In this document: one piece after another, positions 55,740-64,000 of the stretch
Layout of the letters: each line of letters begins with the position of its first letter
Numbering within the stretch: position 1 is the first letter of the stretch
NCBI GenBank assembly: GCA_032718475.1
Contig: JAUCBJ010002752.1
Location: forward strand, 1-64,000
Origin: Nemertoderma westbladi
Lineage: Eukaryota; Animalia; Xenacoelomorpha
Reading direction: 5' to 3'
DNA: 64,000 nt
Notes under the pieces: model-generated
What the model was told of the DNA's origin: nothing
Database searches by the model: none
Seen by the model: only the letters and a program-made list of their open reading frames with translations
Translations under genes and position numbers: made by a program

Positions 55740-56704
55740 ATATTGTTGATGATTCTTTATCAGTTAATACAAGAGCTGCTCCACCAGTTGTGCAACGCAA
55801 GTACCGAGAAATAGTTCCAAAAGGAATCGACGATGGCTTAAGAATTTGCGGACGAAATTCTCGAAATACAACTGATAATGCCTTTAAAGTAACCTACGAT
55901 TCAATAAACAAACGTTACAGTTTCCGAAAGAGGAATGCCATTTCATACTTTAGTGATGATGATAGTGACGAAGACTCAAATTGCGATACTGATGAGTGGT
56001 GTGAAGATAAAGACACTGCTTGTCTTGATGATTCTACTGATAGCAGTGATAAAACTGAAACTGGTGAAATTCTCTCAAATTTGAATACCGTAATTAAGTC
56101 GCCAATAAACAAATCTGTCATTTACAATTACGATACCGGAAATAAAACTAATTATATTCAGACAAATTGTGATATTCGGAGAACAACGAGGCCAGAAAGG
56201 GCAGCGACGCCAGAACGGGCAGCGAGGCCAGAAAGGGCAGCGACGCCAGAAAGGGCAGCGAGGGCAGAAAGGGCAGCGACGCCAGAAAGGGCAGCGAGGC
56301 CAGAAAGGGCAGCGAGGCCAGAAAGGGCAGCGACGCCAGAAAGGGCAGCGAGGCCAGAAAGGGCAGCGAGGCCAGAAAGGGCAGCGAGGGCAGAAAGGGC
56401 AGCGAGGCCAGAAAGGGCAGCGAGGCCAGAAATAAATAACTTTTCAGATTCTGATGAAGCTGATGATATACTGCCAAATGTTCAGAAACAACAATTCAAT
56501 ACAGTGTTTTGTGCGCCTTCTTTGTCGATTCTATTGGACCATCCTTACAACCTCAGAGGATTTGGTCCGTCTTCTTTCAGGGTTGATGAACCCTCTGCTA
56601 CAGGCGACGAGTTACCTGCAATAAACTCATCAACTCTTACCAAATCCAAAGGCTCGACCGGTAGTCAGGATGTTGACATGAATGGCCAACCAGATAATGG
56701 TTGA
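55712..56704 (+). CDS. Unknown 330-aa ORF, probable frameshifted continuation of 52515-55739
   Basis: Overlaps the end of the upstream ORF; no ATG at its start; contains acidic patches, RYSFRKR, HPYNLRG and ERAARP repeats. Confidence 0.5.
   Translation: MPDSTASVLNIVDDSLSVNTRAAPPVVQRKYREIVPKGIDDGLRICGRNSRNTTDNAFKVTYDSINKRYSFRKRNAISYFSDDDSDEDSNCDTDEWCEDKDTACLDDSTDSSDKTETGEILSNLNTVIKSPINKSVIYNYDTGNKTNYIQTNCDIRRTTRPERAATPERAARPERAATPERAARAERAATPERAARPERAARPERAATPERAARPERAARPERAARAERAARPERAARPEINNFSDSDEADDILPNVQKQQFNTVFCAPSLSILLDHPYNLRGFGPSSFRVDEPSATGDELPAINSSTLTKSKGSTGSQDVDMNGQPDNG
56186..56430 (+). repeat. Coding 18-bp tandem repeat (GAAAGGGCAGCGAGGCCA; ERAARP/ERAATP)
   Basis: About 13 units in frame. 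Confidence 0.9.
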
Positions 56705-57098
56705 AAGGAAAACGAATGATTTTTACTACAATAATCCCACATATGTTTTTGTTGTTTAACTTTGATGTAGCAGATTCCATATTTTTGATAATTTTAGTTT
56801 TCAATTTTGAATTTTATAATTCATTACATTGTACATCATTTATTGAATGGATTATTGTAATTAAACGAGGGTGAATTGTGTAATAGTGCTACTCTATAAC
56901 TCATTATGTGCAGTTTGTTTTTATAACCCATATATTTCCCATATACAGTTCTGTTTTGTTTTACCTATCTATCATTCATCGTATGAATGGAAGTAACTGT
57001 TTTATATTATAGTTACGTTTTCTGAAAGTTTACTTAGTCACACTGGTAATGGGTGATGTAATCTGTATTAACTGGTAACAGTTTGTGATCTAAGCATC

Positions 57099-57293
57099 AA
57101 TACACACATTGTAGGGGCTAGGTGTGTCTGTTAGTGTAATACACACATTGTAGGGGCTAGGGGTGTCTGTTAGTGTAATACCCACATTGTAGGGGCTAGG
57201 GGTGTCTGTTAGTGTAATACACACATTGTAGGGGCTAGGGGTGTCTGTTAGTGTAATACACACATTGTAGGGGCTAGGTGTGTCTGTTAGTGT
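57099..57293 (+). repeat. 39-bp minisatellite, 5 copies
   Basis: Unit AATACACACATTGTAGGGGCTAGG(G/T)GTGTCTGTTAGTGT. Confidence 0.92.
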
Positions 57294-57340
57294 TAGCATG
57301 TTTCCTTTCACTTCGCATACTGTGTTACAATTTCTTTGAC

Positions 57341-57536
57341 GCCCATGTGAATACCAGGTTTTCACTTTGCGGTTTGCATTTGTTTTAATTTATCATTTTT
57401 AAGTATTATATCTATCTTATAGCCTCTACAGATACCCTGCACAGATAACTCGTTTGTTGGTTTGGTTACATTCAGCCCTTCTGTCTCAGTCTGTAACCTG
57501 GATTTTCAGTGAAAACCTGGTATTCATATCATGGGC
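57341..57536. mobile_element. Small MITE-like inverted repeat
   Basis: GCCCATGTGAATACCAGGTTTTCACT ... AGTGAAAACCTGGTATTCATATCATGGGC. Confidence 0.55.
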
Positions 57537-58586
57537 CCATGGGGGTAAACGGCAAAGTGAAATATATCTCTAGAAAGTTTGGTGGAGGACTTCCCATGGG
57601 CCTTCATTGATTTAGTTTGATTGATTTATATATTCTTTAAATTATGAATGTATTGATTTTCAAATTTTTTATGCTAATAAAGTTCCAATGAACTGTATTC
57701 CATTTCACCGTCTAGTAATATTGTTAAAACAGGTAATATATTATATATAATAAATTTAACATATAACATATGAATGTTTCTATCACTTTTTTAGATTCAT
57801 ATTATTGGCGTTTTCAAGCCGCTGGTAAAAAAAAACGTTTGTGATATGTGTTTAGTTACCTAGTAAATGAATTCCTGGAATGTTAGTATCACAAGATATT
57901 GATATAAAAGATTAACTCAACAGAATAAATAGTAACACTTTATTTAATAAGTAATTGGATAAACATAAAGATTGAGTTGTGATATAATAACATTAAAGTA
58001 ACTTTTGCTATTGGATCGATTTAAATGGACGTTGTCTTGGTTTCCGGAAGTCTTACCGGTTATTAATTGGAGCGGGAATTAGAACGTGACTGTCATGTTG
58101 CATCTCATTGATATTATTATACTATACTGTATAAATCGAATAATTATTAATATTATTATATTTAACTTTGCGAACTAGGTGTCTTATTTTCAAATGGCGT
58201 TTATGATACCTTTGAAATTGACCATAAATTTGCATGGCTGTTATTCATTTCATTTTTAGGTTATATTTTTTTCATGTTTAAAAAAAATGTAACGCCGCTC
58301 AACGCAAAATATTGAAAAACGTTCTTCCAATAGATCCCAAATGAGGTCTCATTTTTTTATTTCCAGAAGCCGAAATAATTTTTATAATTGTCCCAAAATG
58401 ATTCCAAAAGCACAATAATTATGCGTCTCATCCCGACATATCCCTACAAATAGACTGTTAGTCATTTGTAAGTGAAAAAAGTTCCCCAAACATCCTCTAA
58501 GGTGTGATTTTTAAGTCCGCTTAGCGAGACCTCTAGTAATCACTCTGTTGTTGTTGTTAATTTTTGGTTAGGTTTGGGTTTGATAC

Positions 58587-58658
58587 GGCCCCAGTGGCTC
58601 AGTTGGCAGAGCGTGGGACTTGTAATCTCTAGGTAACGAGTTCAATCCCCCGTTCCAG
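58587..58658 (+). pseudogene. tRNA-derived sequence (tRNA-Thr(UGU)-like pseudogene or SINE head)
   Basis: A box TGGCTCAGTTGG, loop CTTGTAA and B box GAGTTCAATCC; the acceptor stem does not close. Confidence 0.6.
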
Positions 58659-61600
58659 ATTGGTAGTAAGTCATTCAAGGAGACAATTCATGCGTTAGTA
58701 GACGCGGACCTTTGCGCGATTTTGCGCTTGTTTTGTTAAACTCTGATCTGCTTTTGAACCTCATCGATTTAGAAAGTTTCTCGACAAAACAGCGCTCGAC
58801 TCTATAGTTATTCATTGAGAAACAGTATTGGATTAATTGAAAATATATTTCTGAGGAATTTTTAATTTGTTACTTGGGCCCTTTTGAAAATAAGCCTTTG
58901 AGTACCAATTGCAGTCACACAATTGATTAATAACCGTACACGATTTACACTGAACCATAATGTTATTACTTTTTGTAATATATTATTAATCTTATACTGT
59001 AAATTATCATGGATACTTTTATATCGGAAATAGTTGATTCTACATTGTGTGGCTAACCTTAGGCCCTATATAAGTGTATCGCGGTCTCTAGCTAACAGAG
59101 GGTCACGGGCAGAGAACCGTTCGAGTATCTGCAATACTCGTTCTAAAAGAATCTGTTCGTTTTGTTTTTGAATATCTATTCAATGACCGAGTGGAATTTC
59201 TCAATTTTGTGGGCCATATGATAGCTAGAATGTAATTATTTGTTAATTAGTTATTAGTAATTATCGATTAAAGACTTTTAAATCTCGAAAACTAGAAGTA
59301 TTTTATATAAACAATGACAGGCGATATTGTTGGCCAAAACCTGGCATCAAGTTTGTATTGTATAGCGGCGTTACCTTTGAAACTTACCTGTACAGTACAA
59401 CATAACTCAGCTGATACAGTGACATCAATAAAATCCAGTTATTCGCTATATATATATATATATATATATGAATATATGTATTATTTCACTATAATGTACA
59501 GTATATGCACAGATAGATTGCAAGAGACATTTTTTAATTTTAGGTCCAACTTTTTCTACATTTATTCACTATTAATACACCTATTATATAGTTGGAGAAA
59601 TTCCATCAAAAAATTGCATTGTTTTTCATCAGCAATCGTTTCGCAAATCTTACTTACAATTTTCGAATAAAACTCAACTTGTTTAAAAGTAATTTACCTT
59701 GTTTTGATCATCAGGCTTTATTCCTTTATTTCCATCTACTCACTCGTGAAAAGAAGATAAGTGATAATATTTTGCGACAACCACCCCCAACTTATATCGC
59801 TCATGTACGCCATGTTCTGTTCACACAGATGTGGTGTTTCAAGTCCTTTAGGCTATCAAGTTAGAAGTTAATGCCGGGACTCTTAAACTTTAGGCATTGT
59901 AATTTGTTATGGAAATATTCATTCCTCAAAAACTTTATAGAGCTATGCATAAATACTAAATAGGCCTAGCCTATCCCAAAGCGCATCTCATGCAATTAAG
60001 TTAACTGGAACATGTGGTATTGACTTTCGTTCATTGTTTTGGTTAGAATAACGTTCCACTGTAACCCCACTCCTTTCCCTTAAATTTAATATTGAGAAGC
60101 GATATTAATAAAAGGAATGGCAGTACACAAATTTTGTAGATTCATTTGTATGCTAATGCCTAACATCAACATCGCTAGAGTATAATGAATGGATCATAAA
60201 ATAACTATCGATCAGCTGTTTGTTGAGTCATTTCAATACCTTTTAGGAGATATGGAACGGTATTGAAAGTACCACAAAGGGATTTTATGGCTTTAGGATC
60301 AGATGTTTGGTTAACCAATAGGCCTACGGCCTACACACCAAGCGCTGATTCTGGGTTTTATTTCGTCACAATTATAAATAGCCGTTGTAAAAAAGCTTGG
60401 AATCTCTCTCCTCTCATCCCCATTTATATTGAAAGCATTGTAATTCCCTTATCTGTTGATTATTATTATGTTTACTATCTGTAAAAGATAATAACACTAA
60501 GGATAAGACTTTGTGTATAATTAATAAATGTTTAGTTTTTTTATATCTTTGACTCATTTATTACAAAATTTATTTTTCAAAAGATATTATTTACACACGG
60601 CGGAAAGGGCACATAATAACTGAAACAATATTATATATTTTGTTGAATATCTAATCCGATTCTTCTAATAATTGAAATAACAAATTGCATTACAAGTGGG
60701 TAAAACACGCAGTTGTTTTCATTAATATTATTACTCTAACGCCTATGAGGTAATCTTCTTCGCCTTTTATTGGTAAGTGCTTCAAAGCATTTAATTAATA
60801 TTGAAAAATTTAATACCATAATATTGAAACCGTTCAATATTCTTGGACGAAAGATTTGCGTTGTTCTACAACTGTTATAATATTGATAAGCAGCTTTTCA
60901 ATTGCTACAAATAATTTAAGGCGAATTTAAAATCTCTGACTCACGAGAAATACAATGTGGAGTCGCAACTTTACGACCGCTGATTCTTCTTTCTTATTTT
61001 GTATGACACAATAGTGGGGCGTCGCGCAGCACACGAACTTTAGCAAGTTCGAAACAAGTTCGATTTTATCTGGAGTCAAAAGTTCCGAGAGGTATTTGCA
61101 CGTAAATTTCAAAAGTATTGGAACATTTTCTCTATAGTATGCCCATACAAAATTTGGTTGAAAAAGGGCTAAATTCTTCAAAAAGTTATTTGCGAATGAA
61201 TGTTTAATTACAGACAGAAAGACGGACATAACATTTTGCCCTATTTGCTTGTGCGCTAAGGCTCGCCTTTACTGCGTGGATATTACTATTGTGTATTTAT
61301 TAAATAGAATAAATGGCTTGCAGCGAACAATAATTCTTGCAATATTTGAACGCCTATATCTCAGCTGTTTCTCAACGAAATTCAGATATTGTTACATATT
61401 TGGAATCCTTGCAACGGAAGCTTTTTAATGATATGAAAAAATTACGACTAATCTGAAGAGTAGCCACGATACGGAGGGTACGATTTCGCAAAAGACACCT
61501 TTTTAAAACGCTTATAAAAAAAAAATTTAAAGGCAAAATCGAAAATTCTGGCTTCATGGTAACAACCACGGTGAGTTGAACTAGTTGTGTTTCAAATTTC

Positions 61601-62721
61601 AAGCAATATGATAAAGATTTGTAGAAAAATCTGGGGGGGGGGGGGGAGGGGGGGTCCGTGTCATCAGAAAATGGCACTATATTACCTGTCATGATGTATA
61701 TTGTTATAGATTACGATAATTATTTTAAATATTTAATTTATCGCGATTTTTTAATACTGAAATTGAAAGTATTTGAATTTTATTTCATTGTTCAGCACTG
61801 GTGAGTGGCATGCAATAATTGTGCGTGCATGTGTCACCAACAGACAGGGGCGGTGGGACTTTCGATGCAAACAAAACTCATCCCTCTCCAGGGGGAAATC
61901 AATCAACACAAATATCCGCTGATTACTCCCAAAAATAAAACGGTAACATGTTCTATTGACTATCGTTTATTGTCTTGGTCAGAATAACGTACCACTACTA
62001 CAACCTGCTCCTTTCCCTTAATTGATAATTGAACATTGAGAAATTGGCCGATATGGGTTTCCCTCATGTCTCGTCACCGCTCGCTATGGTGAACCGGCCA
62101 CTATGGGAAGGCCTAATCTTCCAATTTTTTTTTCCAAATTCGGTAGGCCTACCATTTAACACTAGTGCCAATTTCATTTTTTCGCGAGATTTCACGTACA
62201 TGTCGCATAATTATAATTCAAGTATAAAAATATTATATATATTTTGTGATATTATTATTCCCTTACTGTACTGCATTTATTTGGTTATTGCCATCTTTAT
62301 GTATAACTTTACCGCCTTTTGCTTTGTGTCTGTTTTTATGGGTCACGGACTGGATTAAAGGAAATAATAAAATTATAATATTTGTTACATAGTGCGTAAC
62401 ATTTCTTTTGCAGTTACAGTATCTCGAGGTGTTTGTTTGCCGGCTTTTTAGTTACCATGTCGGAGCCGGTATATGGAAATTGGTTTGGATTTACGATGAA
62501 AGGTAAATTGATTATTACAGTAATTATTGTAAATTGCTTGATTTATATATGAACATCACTATGTATCATATTGGCTTGAATGTTAATTAAAAGTTGTTAT
62601 TGCTAATAATAAGCGGGCTGTTTCATACATTTATATGTGTAGCATTAAGCCAGTTGTTATAGAGTAGGCCTATAAAGGGTCGTCATATTAGACTGATATT
62701 AATTATTACAGTACAGTAGTA

Positions 62722-62891
62722 AAAAAAGCAAAAAAAAAAGCAAACAGTCGGCCGAAGCCGGAGGCGACCCGAAGGCTCCTCTTTCGATAGCTGCTACCCG
62801 AGGGTAGGGGTGGGCGCTACTCCTATCCCAAGATTTGCTTCCAGTTATTTAACTGGTACTCATTTTATCGACCCCAGTGGATGAAAGGCTG
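62722..62891 (-). mobile_element. 5'-truncated SINE with a conserved central domain and a T-rich tail
   Basis: Minus strand CTCAGCCTTTCATCC...GGTCGATAAAATGAGTACC resembles a widespread conserved SINE domain (possibly MetaSINE; from recall). 12-bp TSD AGTACAGTAGTA at 62710-62721 and 62892-62903. Confidence 0.7.
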
Positions 62892-63171
62892 AGTACAGTA
62901 GTAGGTTGATATTATTTATAATTAACGGAAGTAGACTTTTGTGATCTATGATCTAATTATTACTCATTGCACATTATTTATACTATTCTACATTCATACA
63001 TTGGTTATTTATTATCCATCACGACGAACCATGTTCCTACATATTAAACGGTTTATATATCGGATTTGGAGGGGAAGTTCTGAGGTATTAATAATCGGCC
63101 TACTACAGTTAGCTTAATGCATCTAAGTAATATTGATTTAATTACTTTAATTACTAAGTAATAATGATTTA

Positions 63172-63737
63172 ATTAAGTCCGAGCGAACTCAGACAGTGGA
63201 AATGAGATCCTTCCAGACTCCCCGATTCTCCATAGTTGTCACAATTTCGTTTCTCTCAAGTTCAGTATCCCTTGGTCTACTGTATGTATATATGTTAGAG
63301 CCGGTCGTCCACGGGTATGCTTTCCATGTGTTGGTTGCCAGAAAAGATCTGATATGACCTCGTCTTTACTTCTCCAGCAGTGCCCACTGAATTCTGCGTT
63401 CCCGGAGGGTGGTTGATACAGGTAGTATAGTACCATAGAGCTCGGTGTTGACATGTGTTGTCTCCAGCTGAGTTTAGGGCTGCCCTTAGTCGTCTTGTGT
63501 AGCAACCATCAATTCTGTGTTCAAGTGATTTCGTCAGTGTCCAGGTCTCACCCCCGTATAAAAGTACACTTTCCACTGTGGCTCAAAAGAACTTTGTCTT
63601 CAGGTGCCTGGAGAGATCTGATTTCCAAATGGTATCCATTTTTGATAGAGCTACCCATGCCTTTGCTTTCCTAATTTATATGTATTTTTTGCTACTCTCT
63701 ATCCATGATCCAAGGTACTGGAAGTCATCAACCTTCC
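63172..63737 (-). pseudogene. Degenerate RTE LINE 3' fragment
   Basis: YLGSWI, KAKAW, ESVLLYGGETWTLT..IDGCYTRRLR, GHCWR, WQPTHGKHTRGRP, with frameshifts. Confidence 0.85.
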
Positions 63738-64000
63738 TTACTACTACTAGGATCGGCATGCTGTATTGCAGCATCATTTTTAAGAATGCTGTGCCGGCTT
63801 GTCGACAAAATTGAGCCGCCACAACTCCGTATCACCCATGACATTTGCTAGATCATCCGCATCTTCAAGGTCAGTGTCCTTTAAGATGCGTCTCAAGAAA
63901 GTCATGGGTTGTCCACCATGCTTATTCACTCCATGAGGCTGCCAAAGCACACGATTATGCACTGGCTGTTCCTCACTGCGAAAGCAATGTCCTGCAAAGC
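63738..64000 (-). mobile_element. 3' end of a second RTE LINE related to the 5-kb copy (continues off the right edge)
   Basis: AGHCFR..QPVHN.VLWQP...GGQPMTFLRRILKDT; ends GCCGATCC(TAG)n, compared with GCCGATC(ATC)n in the 5-kb copy. Confidence 0.82.

Noticed and set aside
58587-58658. Functional tRNA-Thr gene
   Set aside because: The 5' GGCCCCA has no complementary 3' acceptor strand and the T stem is imperfect.

Overview
AT-rich animal genomic DNA, probably from an aquatic invertebrate (inferred from the ciliary genes and the transposon families); it is not prokaryotic. The minus strand carries two ciliary genes in tandem: an intronless 2128-aa C2CD3 ORF (31721-38107) and the first 8 exons of CCDC151/ODAD3 (27198 to 7867), which I reconstructed by hand from GT-AG sites and phase. 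An RFX X-box lies upstream of CCDC151. The most unusual feature is that two CCDC151 introns are inflated to 7.0 and 8.8 kb by tandem arrays whose unit copies the upstream exon's 3' end plus its 5' splice site (28-bp and 56-bp units). This gives tens to hundreds of decoy donors behind an in-frame stop, and the units diverge with distance from the exon. A young, intact GalEa-like Ty1/copia element (LTRs identical by eye, 5-bp TSD, tRNA-iMet PBS) sits inside one array. A 5'-truncated RTE LINE with a 90-bp target duplication lies downstream of exon 8. The rest holds many non-autonomous DNA elements (hAT, piggyBac, Harbinger, Foldback-like, Helentron/HINE-like), SINE fragments, minisatellites, and an unidentified frameshifted gene rich in Thr repeats (52.5-56.7 kb). 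All calls come from reading the sequence; no database searches were run.
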